Assembly: GCF_009914755.1 (NCBI RefSeq)
Contig: NC_060929.1
Reading direction: 5' to 3' (one strand)
From: the human T2T-CHM13v2.0 reference genome, Homo sapiens
Length of the DNA: 64,000 nt
A program made the translations under genes and the position numbers. The notes under the pieces were generated by a model. The model was not told where the DNA came from, did no database searches, and saw nothing but the letters and a program-made list of their open reading frames with translations. This document shows positions 1 through 15,027 of the stretch, one piece after another. Numbering within the stretch: position 1 is the first letter of the stretch; every line of letters begins with the position of its first letter.

Positions 1-3000
1 TATGTGCATGTTTTTGTACAAGTGCCATGCTATTTTGGTTACTCTAACCTTGTAATATAGTTTGAGGTCAGCTAGTATGATGCCTCCAGCTTTGATCATT
101 TTGCTCAGGATTGCTTTGGCTATGTGGGATCTTTTTTGGTTTTATACGAATTTTAATATGGTTATTTCTAATTCTGTGAAGAATGTCATTGGTAGTTTGG
201 TAGGAATAGCAGCTTTGAATTTGTAAATCCCTTTGGGCAACATGGCCATTTTAACAATATTTATTCTTCCTATTCATGATCGTGGAATGATTTTTGACTT
301 GTTTGTGTTGTCTTTGATTTCTTCCAGCATTGTTTTATAATTCTCATTGTAGAAATATTTTGCTTCCCTGGTTATCTGTATTCCTGGGTATTTTGTTATT
401 TTTGTGGCTACTGTGAATGGGATTGTGTTCTTGATTTGGCACTCAGCTTGGACGTTGTTGGTGTATAGAAATGCTACTGATTTTTGTACACTGATTTTGT
501 ATCCTGAAACTTTACTGAAGTTGTTTATCAGATTTTGGAGCTTTGGGGAAGAGCCTGTGGGATGTTATAAGTGTGGAATCATATAATCTGCAAACACAGA
601 TAGTTTGACCTTCTCTCGTCCTACTTAGATGGCTTAGTATTGTGTTAAATAGGAATGGTGAGAGAAAATATCCTTGTCTTGTGCCAGTTTTCAAGGAGAA
701 TGCTTCCAGCTTTCCCCTTGGGTTTGTTGTACATTACTTTTATTATTTTGAGGTATTTTCCGTCAATGCCTAGATTGTGAGGTTTTGAACATGAAAAAAA
801 TGCTGAGTGTTTTAAATTTTTTTCTGCATTAATCAGTCATTCAGGAATAGGCTGATTAATTTCCATGTGATTGTATGGTTTCAATAGATTTTCTTTATTT
901 TATTTTATTATTATTATACTTTAAGTTTTAGGGTACATGTGCACAACATGCAGGTTTGTTACATATGTATACATGTGCCATGTTGGTGTGCTGCACCCAT
1001 TAACTCGTCATTTAGCATTAGATATATCTCTTAATGCTATCCCTCCCCTCTTCCCCCACCCCACAACAGTCCCTGGTGTGTTATTTTCTTAGTTTTGATT
1101 TCTGTTTTTATTGCCTCATGGTCCAAAAGTGTGGTAGGTATGATTTCACCTTTTTTTGAATTTTCTGAGTGTTGTTTTATGGCTGATTGTGTAGTCAATT
1201 TTAGAGTATGTGCCACCTGCAGATGAAAAGAATGCATATTCTATTGTTGCTGGGTTGAGAGTTCTGTAGATGTCTGTAAGGTCAATTTGGTCAAGTGTCA
1301 AGTTCAGGTCCTAAATGCTTCATTAGTTTTATGCCTCAGTGATCTATCTAACATGGTCAGTGGGCTGTTAAAGTCTCCCACTATTATTGTGTAATTATTT
1401 ACGTCTATTTGCAGGTCTCTTAGAATTTGTTTTATGAATCTGGGTGCTCCTGGGTTGCATGCATATATATTTAACAGAGTTAGGTTTTCTTGTTGAATTG
1501 CACTCTTTACCATTATGTAATTACCTTACTTATCTTTTTTGATCATTATTGGTTTAAAGTCTCTTTTGTCTGAAATTAGAATTGCAACTCCTGCTATTTT
1601 CTGTTTAATGTTTTCTTGGTAGATGTTTCTCCATCTTTTTACTTTGAGCCTATGGGTGTCATTGTATGTGAGACGAGTCTCTTAAAGACAGCGTAGAGTT
1701 GCATCTTGCTTCTTTATCCAACTTTCCACTCTGTGCCTTTTATTTAGGACATTTAGTCCATTTATATTCAAGGTTAATATTAATATATGCAGACTTGATT
1801 CTATTATCATATTGGTATCTGGTTATTATGCAGACATGTTTGTAGGGTTGCTTTATAGTGTCAATGGTTTATGTACTTAAATGTGTTTTGTGGTGACTAG
1901 TAATGGCCTTTCCTTTCTATATTTATAAAGGCCTCCCTTAAAGACCTTTGTAAGGCAGGTCTGGTGGTAACAAATTCCCTTAGCATTTGCTTGTCCTATT
2001 TCTCCTTCACTTAGGAAGCTTAGTTTTGCCTGGATATGAAATTTTAGATGAAATTTCTTTTCTCTAAGAATGTTGAATTTAGGTCCCCTATCTTTTCTGC
2101 CTCGTAGGGTTTTTCCTGAAAGGTCCACTGTTAGCCTGATGGGGTAATCTTTGTAGGTGATATGCCCCTTCTCTCTATCTGCCTGTAACATGTTTTATTC
2201 TGTCATTTTGACCTTAGACAATCTGATGGCTATGTGTCTCAGATATGGTTGTCTTGTATACCATCTCACAAGGTTTTTCTGCATTTTTTGAATTTGAATG
2301 TTGGTCTCTCTAGTGAGGCTGGGGAAGTTTTCTTGGATAATATCCTCAAATATGTTTTCCAAATTGGTGCTTTCTTCTTCTCTTTTTCAGGGGCACTAAT
2401 GTGTCATAGATTTGGTCTCTTTACATAATCTCATAGTTCTCAGAGGTTTTTGTTCATTCTTTTTTATTGTTTTTTCTTTATTTTTGTCTGACTGAGTTAC
2501 TTCAGAGAATTGGTCATTGAGTTCTGGTAATTTTTCCTCAGCTTGGTCGATCCTGCTGATAATACTTGAGATTGTATTGTGAAATTCCGGAAGTGAGTTT
2601 TTGAGCTCTATTAGATCAGTTTAATTATTTCTTAAAATGCCCATTTGATCTTTCAGCTGCTGTATCACTTCACTTTATTCCTTAGATTCCTTGGATTGGG
2701 TTTTGACTTCCTCCAGAATAGCGATCTTTATTCCTATCTATTTTCTGTATTCTGTTTCTGTCATATCAGCCATTTCAGCCTGGTGAAGAACCATTGCTAG
2801 AGAACCAGTGCAGTCGTTTGGATGTAAGAGGATACTCTGGCTTCTTGAGTTGCCAGAGTTCTTGCACTGGTTCTTTTTCATCTGTGTGACTGATGTTCCT
2901 TCAGTCTTCGAGTTTGCTGTCCTTTGGATAGGGTTTTTTGCTTTCATCTTCTTCGATGCCCTTGGGTATTTGACTGTGGTATAAGGTAGTTTCAGTTGGC

Positions 3001-4375
3001 TGGCTTCATTTCTGGAAGATTTTAGAAGCCCAAGGCTCAGCTCATCAGGCCTGGGCTGCCTGCTTTAATTCTGGGGGACTAGTATCAGACCCCCTCACTC
3101 TGTTCTCTGGCCCCTTTGTTCTTTGGAACCTACTGTGCTGGAGGAGCAAAGGTGTTCCTTGTTGCTGGCCACAATACTCCTATGGGTGGTGCTGGCCAAA
3201 GTGCTAAAGTCAGGATGATGGCAGTGGAATCTGTGCTCACTAGTGAGTGCCAATAGCCACGGCAGTGCAGCCAGGGCCATGCACATTGGTTGGGGCAAGG
3301 CACCAGCAGGAGTAGGGCTGTGGCATTCCTCTGAGTGCTCACACTGACAGCATCAGCGGCGGTACAGCAAGGGTGGGGGCTGGCAGGGGCGGGATTGCTG
3401 GTATCTGTCCAGGTGTTCACACCGGGATGGTGGCATGGCAGGATACCCATGCGTCAGAGGGGGGTTGGGGGTGCAGCATGGTGCCAGCAGTACTGGCACA
3501 ACGGGGTGTGCACGTGCACAAGTGCTGGTGAGGCAGGTGAGGTGAAGTCGGTCTGTGCGCACACACTGGGAAAGCAGTGGGTTGGTGGCCATGAGCATGT
3601 GCGTGCCAACAAAGCAGTGGGGACAGGCTATGGTGGCAGGATGGTGCAGGTGGGCTGGTGCATGTCATCAGGGTCCACTGTGCTGGTGCTCTCCAAGGGT
3701 CAGGTGTGGTCTGCCTCTGCCAGCCAAGAAGTTATGATGAGGGCCTCTGGGAAGCATATTGGTGGGAATTCAAGACTGTGCTGCAAGTAGGTGCAGCCAG
3801 GCTGGGGCCCTGGAAGAGGCCAGCAGGAAAAACGGTGCTCAGATTAGACCAACTCCAGCTCATGGGCAAGAGAGCCCTGCTCTGCATAGATCTGACAGTC
3901 ACCCTAAGACTAAAGTCTTCTAGGGAGCATGTCCAGCCTTGGGGGATGGGAGTCCCTGGCCATGCTCCACTGCAGATGTTCCCACCTCACACCCTCTGGG
4001 CTCCACACAGGCTGGAGTCCTGCCCCTACCACCTCTCCAAGCAGCTTTCCCTGCCAGCTCAAGTATCTGTGGAGGTCATGGCATCTCCTGCTGTTAAGAT
4101 TCCAGAGGTTCATGGTGAGAGCAGGCCACCCCTCCTGTGTTCAACTTAACCTCTTCCCCAGAAGCCACTGGGGGCCAGGAACAAGCCCCAGTGTTCGGTA
4201 GCCATGTGCAGGGTTCCCTGCTTCCTCCTTCAGCCTAGTATCTGCGTCCTCCCTCCATCCACTCTCAATGCCTTCCCTCCAAAGATTTGCTTCGTGTGAC
4301 ATTCTTCCCTATGTCCTAGTCTCTTGATGGGAGATGTTCTTCCTGGCTGCGTCCAGTCAGCTATCTAGCTCTGAG
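1..4375 (-). mobile_element. Old primate LINE-1 (L1PA13-16/L1PB-like): 5'UTR, ORF1 and partial ORF2; runs off the window start; ~1 kb internal deletion near 830
   Basis: ORF track fragments match L1 ORF2 (MKTGTRQGYFLSPFLFN; IQQENLTLLNIYA..GAPRFIKQ..IIVGDFNSPL endonuclease) and ORF1 (MKKNQCKNSGNSRSQS; ITYKDYPIRLTVDLS). GC-rich 5'UTR at ~3000-4375 ends in an L1-type 5' terminus. Many stops and frameshifts. Confidence 0.93.
896..1082 (-). mobile_element. 5'-truncated young L1PA 3' end nested in the older L1
   Basis: L1PA 3'UTR (ttatactttaagttttagggtacatgtgcacaacatgcagg...) with T-rich tail. TSD attttctt at 888-895 and 1083-1090. Confidence 0.93.
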
Positions 4376-6654
4376 TTTCATCTCCTAGTTTGTTCTCAAC
4401 AGAAATCAAAACTTATGTTGAGCAGTTATGCTCAAAGCAAAAGCCTTTTTCCATTTTCTGCTTATATCTGCTTCTGACCTCCATTTAGTTTTCAGCCTGT
4501 AAGTAGTCCTCACCAACTTGTCAACTTATTGTTTCACTTAAAATTATAATTTAAGCTTTTTTTTCAATAACTTTAGTTGGTTTCAGAGGTAGCATCTATT
4601 GAGGAACCAACTTTGTCTCAGAATGACAGAAACAAAAGTCCACTCTGGCTATTTGATCTGTCATCAGGGCCTCTTAATAGACATTTTACTTCTGTGTAAA
4701 TCAGGAACCGAAAATGTGATTGTCCTGCTTAGTCATTATACATCAAGTTTATCCGTTTAAACTCTTCTTTGCTTTATTTAGTAGAAAACTACCTTTAAGT
4801 TCTTAAAAATCATCTTGGTATGATTAAAATCCTAAACAGAGTAAATAAGACATATTTTGTAAATTAATATAAATCTACTAATTCTTATGGCACATATGTT
4901 TTTAAACTAATTAATTAATTGATTGGTAGCATGGGAGATTCTTCTCATAAAGTGGAGTTTATTTGGGTCATGGTAATTTCTATACTGAAAAAGATAGACA
5001 TAATTTTTTTCACATGCCTCCTTCTTAAAGTATACTATAACATATTCCTCTTTTCTTTTAGACTCACAGTAAAAGCTGGCCACCAGTGAACAGTCACATA
5101 CCTAAGAACATAGTGAAGTCATTTGTTAAATGGTTTCCTTAGTTCATTAATTATATCTCTAAAGGCTGTGTTGGCATGCTTAACATAGCCAGGAATTAAT
5201 TTATTTATAAAATTGAATATAGGAACAGTAATTGGATATATAAAACAAAACTTTAATTCACCTGGTGATTTAATTTGTTCTTTCATATAGGCAGATAGTT
5301 CTAATTTTACATATATGTTTATTTAATTCTTGTTTGAGATTTCAAGTGTATATATTTTTCTCTTTTTTCTAAGAAGATATGGTAGAGTACTTTCCCTCTT
5401 GGGATAGTAGTGTTTCAACAGGAACAGATTTTGCTGCTTGCATCAGTAAATATGCCAGGGAAATCAAACTAAATAGGAAATTATCTACAACACAAGAATT
5501 TTCTTGTCATTCCATCTTTGCGTAAAGAAATAACTCTGGAGGATATAAAGCAGATGAATAGTGTGTGATTAATTTTGATATAATTAAAGACTACATTTAC
5601 CATAAAATCAAAGAGAAAAAGATAAATATTAACATGAATATGTTACAGAACTGAGAGAGGACCTCTAGTCCAATTATTCTTTAACATTTTTACTCTGACA
5701 TAACAGAATTACCTTTCTTCAATACTAGATTTCTCTAAATAATTACATTTATATCATTCAATTGAAAACCTGGAATACAATTTCAATTCTTTGTAATGTC
5801 ATGAACCATTCCACTCTACTTTCTAGCCTAATGACTCATCGCTGTTTGAACATATCCTCCAGGTAAAGTTGTATTTAAAGTTTTTGAATAAGCCATACTG
5901 TTTCTTAGTTTCATCAGTATGAGATAACCTTAGTTTTATTCCCACTTTATATCCATACCAATAATTTAAAGAAAGACTTGAAAGTCATCTCCATTTTATT
6001 ATTTCTGTCACCTATGCTTTACTTTTTCCATTACAATTCGTAACTCATGGCTTGAAATTTCTTCATATATTTCATTCACTTCTAGTAGAATTAGCTATTT
6101 GAATATTGTTTTCCACTATGCCAAATCAAGTGCAATATAGTTGAGGGCCACTCCTTGAGTCAATGAATGCTATGCAAATGGATTTCTATTAAAGGGAGCA
6201 AATTTTTAAAAAATTCTATAGCCTAATTTGATGAATACGTGCAATGAGGGAGGTGCTCTGGTACGCATGAGTAATTTAATGCTACTTTGACACAGTTCCT
6301 GACTATAAGAGGTACACAATGCTGTCATACACACACACACACTCAGAGCTTACGCTAGAGTATAATATACTTAAAAATAGGGAGATGCACAGTATTTAAT
6401 GGTTTAAAACATCTCACTGTAGATGATTAACCAGGATCATGCAGAAAAGTAAAAGTGTGACTGAATGAGAAAAAGAATGCTAATTTCTGTCTGATTGTAC
6501 AAGCCAGACAAGTAAGTTGACTAAGAAAGGGTGCAGGGATAGAGTTAGCCACTTACTTCCTGAAATACAGACATAATTCAATGATGTAGTTCTTCCTTCT
6601 ACTTTAACTCAGGGTTTCTTGTGGCTAGCAAAATAAATGAATTGTCTTATTACA

Positions 6655-8490
<1,836 letters not shown>

Positions 8491-8491
8491 T

Positions 8492-8740
8492 TGATGAATG
8501 GCAGAATATGTACCCCAAAATATGCCATGTGGGTATAAGAATTATTTTGAGTTAAAGGCACTTCCAAAGCAGCAAATGTAAAAATGTCATTCTAATCTCT
8601 TTTCAACCTGGAAATAGGAGATAAAAATTCCCGTGTGCGAGATGTAGTCCCTGTACCAGAAGAAAAGAAATATTCTTGGCTGAACGGTCATGACCAAGAG
8701 AATTCTCTACAGACCTTGTTAAAACAATTATTATCTTCTT
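8492..8740 (+). mobile_element. MER34-family (ERV1) LTR fragment
   Basis: cagaatatgtaccccaaaatatgcca...taagaattattttgagttaaaggca resembles the MER34/MER39 LTR 5' end as recalled. Confidence 0.7.
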
Positions 8741-9027
8741 ATATTGATATTTGTAATCAAATGTATTGAGAGATTGGGCTAGTGTCTCCTCAGGACATGA
8801 TACTTACGTATTACTATTTTCATTTTATTGAAAATGTCTGGTCTGAGGAAGAACTGGATCTACATAGCCATCAGCTGTTTTCTGTGTTACAGAGTTATGC
8901 CCAAGTTTATCAAAATATACAAACAGCAGTGGATCAAGGGGGAAACAGAATAGTTAAATTAATACAAGACTATGAAAATCTATGTGGTGGCTTTCCTGGG
9001 CAAATTAGATTTAAAAAAAAAATGTCT

Positions 9028-9955
9028 TCAACGTGTCAAAAAGAACCTTTATTTACTTTCATAACAGCCTCTTATGCATTATTGTCAAATGCATTTGGAG
9101 CAGGTGCTCTCGGAACTGGAGTTTTCTGACCCTTCTCAGCTTTTGGAAGAGGACCTGCCTTCTGGCCTGTGGTTTCCTGGGAAGGAGGCTTCTAGGCTGG
9201 AGCCTTCTTTCCTGCAGTGGTCCTCTTTATTTTTATTTTTATTTATTTATTTATTTATTTATTATATTTTAAGTTCTAGCGTGCATGTGCACAATGTGCA
9301 GGTTTGTTACATATGTATACATGTGCCATGTTGGCGTGCTTCACCCATTAACTCATCATTTACATTAGGTGTATCTCCTAATGCTATCCCTCCCCCCTTC
9401 CCCCTAACCCACGACAGGCCCCAGTGTGTGATGTTCCCCACCCTGTGTCCAAATGTTCTCATTGTTCAATTCCCACATATGAGTGAGAACTGCAGAAGCT
9501 GCAGCAGCACCTTTAGCAGCAGGTGTTTTTTCAGGAGAAGTTTTCATGACAGCTGCCTCTTGAAGCTTCTTAATTTCATTCTTGATTATTCTGCTCCTCA
9601 TTTTATTTGCATTCATAACTATAAAATTATCAAAATCTGTCATCTTGGCTTCCCTTTCTATGGCTTCAATCTTTTTGTCCTGCCTTGTGGCTGCCCATTT
9701 TGTACTGACATTGGCCTTCTGCCAGGCTTGTCGGACATACTTCTTTAGGGTGCTGTGTACGAACTTGAGGATGAAGTCAGTGAGCCGCATGCATTTGAAA
9801 GGAGCGGCCTGTCTCCTTACCCTAGTGCAATGTCCATTAATCAAAGCCCTGTTTTGATCAATAACATTTACAATTGGGACCGGCTTTTTGGCATGAGGTC
9901 CAAAGGAGACTTAGGCCACCTGTCCAACCTCTGACACACCTGAACACCTTATGTT
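9028..9955 (-). pseudogene. RPL14: Processed ribosomal protein L14 pseudogene, interrupted by an L1 3' end at ~9226-9490
   Basis: ORF 9404-9844 ([55 protein letters not shown]) is clearly RPL14. No introns. Start region disrupted near 9950. Lys/Ala-rich C-terminus, stop codon and AATAAA (9048-9053, minus strand) lie on the other side of the L1. Confidence 0.95.
9226..9490 (-). mobile_element. 5'-truncated L1PA 3' end inside the RPL14 pseudogene
   Basis: (TTTA)n tail followed by L1PA 3'UTR up to ...cccacatatgagtgagaac. No TSD found. Confidence 0.93.
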
Positions 9956-10477
9956 GATTGATCCCTACTCTACACTGCTTCTTCAAATGTTAGGCATATT
10001 AGTGTTGGTACTATTTCTACAGTAGTTCTATAATGCTACACACAATGTAAGTATGCTGACAGATATGATCATTTTGCTTTAAGGAGTCTGTGACCAGACA
10101 CTGGAGGTTGAATTGTTCATTGTTTTCTGGCATCACTTCTTAGAATTAAAACAACAAACACCAGCTTGATTATTTTTATTTTTACCCTAAGGGATGATTT
10201 GCTTTGCTTGTCTAATGCCTGAAAATTTATTTCTCTATCCTTGAAATTTGACAATTTAAATGAGTTATTTTTTAAAAAACAAAACAAACAATACATTTCT
10301 CTCAAATCAATATTCATCTCCCATGATTTCTTGTGCCATATCTTCAATATTATGCATGTAAATAGATTTCCTAATTATTTTTGTTAATCCTCTAGAAGTG
10401 CATTGCCTCATATACAAGCTGTTATTTTGTTTTCTTTAAACTTACGTACGTACTTCTTATGTTTAGTGTAATATTAA

Positions 10478-10786
<309 letters not shown>

Positions 10787-10855
10787 TAATTTTTTTTAAG
10801 AATGATTTCCATCCTTTGAAATGTGATGAGGCTAGATGAATTAGCTTATGGTTAT

Positions 10856-11303
10856 TGTGATGGTTAATATTGGCTGTCAACCTGACTGGATTGAAGGATA
10901 CAAAGTATTGTTCCTGGGTGTGTCTGTGAAGGTGTTGCCAAAGGAGATTAACATTTGTGTCAATTGACCAAGACCGACCCACCCTCAGTCCGGGTGGGCA
11001 CAATCTAATCAGCTGCCAGCACAGTCAGAATAAAAGCAGGCAGAAGAACGTGGAGAGACTAGACTGGTTTAGTCTTCAGGCCTACATCTTTCTCCCGTGC
11101 TGGATGCTTCCTGCCCTTGAACATCCAACTCCAAGTTCTTCAGCTTTGGGACTAGGACTGGCTTCCTTGCTGCTAAGCTTGCAGACGCTGTATTGTGGGA
11201 CCTCACCTTGTGATCATGTGAGTCAATACACCTTAATAAAGTCTCCTCTATATATACATCTATCCTATTAGCGCTGTCCCTCTAGAGAACCCTGAATAAT
11301 ACA
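10856..11303 (+). mobile_element. Solo MLT2A (MLT2A2-like) LTR of HERV-L
   Basis: TGTGATGGTTAATA...GAGAACCCTGAATAATACA termini (TG..CA). Perfect 5-bp TSD gttat at 10851-10855 and 11304-11308. Homologous to the LTRs at 43797 and 49947 in this window. Confidence 0.95.
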
Positions 11304-11756
11304 GTTATTTTTGTGACATTTCCTTGTGCACTTGAAAAGAATAAATCTCCAGCCATTATTTGTTCCATTGTTCTACATATCAGTATGTCAAGTTGGCTAA
11401 ATGAATTTTTTAGCTGTTATCTTTCTTTAGTTTTATAACTACTTGCTCTAATACAAAGATGTCTTCTACAGCCTTCTACTATGACTGTGGATTTGTACAC
11501 TTCTCTTTTTAATTCTGTATATTTTTTGTAAAATATGTTTTAGAATGATGTTTTTTGATATACACATAATTAGAATTACAACTTCTTTCTTTTGGACTGA
11601 ACCTTTTATTATCATGAAATGTCTCTTTCACTTTTCAAAATGCTTATTATTAAAAGTATGTGATAGTCATAATAATTCAGCTATACCAGTTATCTTTTTG
11701 TTGGTGTTTGAATTATAATTTTTTTCTTTTCTTTCACTTTCAACCTTTATATATGT

Positions 11757-11782
11757 ATGTGTGTGTGTGTGTGTGTGTGTGT
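11757..11782. repeat. (TG)n microsatellite
   Basis: Seen directly. Confidence 0.95.
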
Positions 11783-12213
11783 ATAGGTTTTATTAGTTTG
11801 TTTTTTTCTATCAAAAATAGACAAACTGACCAAGGAAATTAAAAAAAAAGAAGAAGAATGGGTGGAGAAGGAGTCCAGCAATGGAGTCACTCATACACAT
11901 TCATCTGACTTAAGCTTAAAGCACTATACTAGGGTGTTAAAATGTTTTATTAAAATAAATGGTTCTATGTCGATTGGATACAAATATAGGAAAAAATGGT
12001 TTTAATATATGATTGACAACATATACAAAAGATTTCCTTTATGTATTACAGTCCTAAATCTGAAAGGTTAAACGAGTGAGCATTTACAAAAAAAAAGAAA
12101 AAAAGAAAAATATTTTATGATATTGGTGTAAGCAAATATTTATTACACAGGATACAAAAAATCAATAATGTTATACTCAGAAGATTAAAAATAATTTAAG
12201 AATCAAAAAAATT

Positions 12214-12364
12214 AGAATGATAGTTTCCAGCTTCATCCATGTCCCTAATGCAAATGACGAGTTAATGGGTGCAGCACACCAACATGGCACATGTATATGC
12301 ATATGTAACAAACCTGCACGTTGTGCACATGTACCCTAGAACTTAAAGTATAATAATAATTTTA
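12214..12364 (+). mobile_element. Short L1PA insertion with 5' inversion (twin priming)
   Basis: 12214-12247 is antisense L1 (agaatgatagtttccagcttcatccatgtcccta). 12244-12360 is the sense 3' end. Degenerate 16-bp TSD at 12198-12213 and 12365-12380. Confidence 0.88.
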
Positions 12365-12399
12365 AAAAATCTAAACAATTAGACAACCAAAAAGGAAAA

Positions 12400-13064
12400 T
12401 AAACACAGGTGTAGACAGTCACTCTAAAAGTAAGCTAACTAAATAGACAATGAATAACTTTAAAACATGTTTGATGTTACCTAAGAAAAGCAACTTATGT
12501 CCCAAAGCTATACAATAGATCAAAGAGCTTTATGAGTGAAACAAAAATAGGAAAGAAAAAACAGATAATTTCAAGTTTTAGTGAGAAGATGAAGTAAAAC
12601 AAATCTCATAAACTTAACACTTTAGAAAACTACTTGACACCTAGTAACTCCCTGATACACATATCCCATATTACTTATAGACATATACATAGTTTTAGTA
12701 ATATGCCCAAAATAAATTTCTACATGTATTCACTAATGGACAAGTAAAATAATGTTTATAGCAGCTTTTTTTTTCTTACAAGCCTTGGTTCAGTAAAACC
12801 CCAAATACATATGAACAGAATTATCGATAAATAAACTGTGGTATATTCATTCAATGGGCTACTATTCATACATGTATAGCAAAAAGAATGATTGAACTAA
12901 AACTATATTCAAAAACATGAGTGAATCTTCCACACCTAATATTAAGCCGAAGAAGCCAAAAACACAAAATTGTTCATTCTGCATAATTTATTTGTATACT
13001 GTTTTAAAACTGGCTGTATATATATATATCTATATCTATATATCTATATCTATCTATCTATCTA

Positions 13065-13102
<38 letters not shown>

Positions 13103-13300
13103 ACTAGAAGTCAGAATAACGATTACCCTTGTCATGTAGTGTAACAGCTACAGGAGGATGGCTGGTATATATTCGACTTGTTTTGACATAGGTGCTGATT
13201 ACATAAGTGTATTCACTTTGTGAAGTATTATTGAGCTGAACACATACACTTTAGAAACTACTGTTTGCTTATTTTGCAACAATAAAATATGTAAAATGAA
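12400..13300 (+). mobile_element. Diverged L1M (L1ME/MC-like) 3' end containing a TA/TATC microsatellite
   Basis: ataaataaactgtggtatattcattcaatgg; aacatgagtgaatctt; gtgctgattacataagtgtattcactttgtgaa. Confidence 0.65.
13017..13099. repeat. Compound (TA)n/(TATATC)n/(TATC)n microsatellite
   Basis: Seen directly. Confidence 0.95.
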
Positions 13301-13849
13301 AAAATACTATAGGTTTGCTATGACCCTATATATTAATGTTATAAAACATACCACAAAGTCAACTGATAAAGAACTTTTGATAATAATGACCTAGACTGTT
13401 GTTGAGTCTATATTTACTAACCCAGTTGTGTCATATCTGCCACCAGAATGTGGATTCATTATTTAACTAAGAAAATAAACATTTAAACAAAAGCTAAGCC
13501 AATGTGAATATGACGAATTTCAAAGGACAAGTGTATATTGGAAGTGTGAATATCCCCAGACATAATCTATGTTTTTACTCAAAATAGTTCAGAAATCTTA
13601 ATAGGATGCATATATAATTTACATATACAACTATGAAAAGAAGCATAATAACATTACTTGGCTTTTTTTTTTTCCAATTTTACTTATAAACCTACATACT
13701 CAAGCAGTCCTTGGATTTTGCTGTTTCTCATTATTTTCTATTGAATAGCAATAGTTAGGGTCATTAAAATGAGAAAGAGTTGGACTAAGTTGGACGACGT
13801 TCAAGATTTGAGAGCACACAGTTGGAAAATCACTGTCAAGAGTAAAGTT

Positions 13850-14166
13850 GGCCGGGTGCGGTGGTTCACGCCTGTAATCCCAGCACTTTGGGAGGCCAAG
13901 GCGGGCGGATCACGAGGTCAGGAGATCTAGACCATCCTGGCTAACATGGTGAAACCCCGTCTCTACTAAAAATACAGAAAAATTAGCCGGGCATGGTGGC
14001 GGGCACCTGTAGTCACAGCTACTCGGGAGGCTGAGGCAAGAGAATGCCCTGAACCCAGGAGGTGGAGTTTGCAGTGAGCCCGAGATAGCGCGATAGCGCG
14101 CCACTGCACTCCAGCCTGGGCGACAGAGTGAGACTCCGTCTCAAAAAAAAAAAAAAAAAAAAAAAA
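13850..14166 (+). mobile_element. AluY with a long pure A tail
   Basis: Diagnostic gatcacgaggtcaggagat, ggctaaca, agaatg.c.tgaacc. TSD aagagtaaagtt at 13838-13849 and 14167-14178. Confidence 0.95.
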
Positions 14167-15027
14167 AAGAGTAAAGTTAACTTTGATTGACTTGTTTTTA
14201 ACTGGCTTTGCAGCTGTAGACTACAACATTATCCCACAGGTTAAATGTTGCTGAAATGATTCTTAGTAGCTCTAGTAAGAGATCATATACTCTCTAAGCT
14301 GGGAATTTCAAATAAATTTCTGCTAGACACATGAGTTGGGTGTAAGCTTTGAATAAATTATTTGGTATCTTAGGAAGTTTTTTTTTTCCAGTCTAGTGAA
14401 TGTTTCAGAGACTGACTGTTTACTGCTGACTTCTAGTAGACAGTTTATGAACTGTTTACTTAGTTCAAGGTAGAATAAGCTTTACCAGCAACAAAGTTTC
14501 CTGTAGAATGTCTCCTCCAGGAAAAATGCATCAGGATCTTAACTATGAGTGCTGAGTGAGATTTAGTTTTCATACAAGCTGTAGATTTTGAGACTATAAT
14601 ACAGAAGTGATACTTGGGTTTCTTTGTTTTTATTTTGCTAAAATGAAAGTGATTGCTACATATCATGACTACTGAAGAATATAGAGTTTTCAGATATTAT
14701 TCTTATTAGCTCATTTTTAATGTCAAGTTTCGTTACTTTACAGTCATTCTACATGGTTCCTGAAGTTTGAATGTGATAGAAATGTTTCCTAATATATTTT
14801 CCACAATTAAATACAATATTTCAGAAAAACATTTAGTAAGATATATACTAAACACCTTATTGTGTCCTTACCATTGTGATAGATGCTGGATGGTAGAAAT
14901 ATACCAATATATAACACAGATTTTAAACCCTAGAGAAATGTCTTTAGATGAAAATAATTATGTATGTAAAAGAATGTACTCATACATTCATATTCAATAG
15001 TATACACTCATATTCTATTGGTTGCAT

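Noticed and set aside
3095-4201. Dense overlapping ORFs of 60-163 aa on both strands
   Set aside because: They lie within a GC-rich L1 5'UTR that is poor in stop codons. No recognisable protein.
9074-9748. Longest ORF in the window (224 aa, plus strand)
   Set aside because: Antisense read-through of the RPL14 pseudogene, the (TTTA)n tail and the L1 3'UTR.
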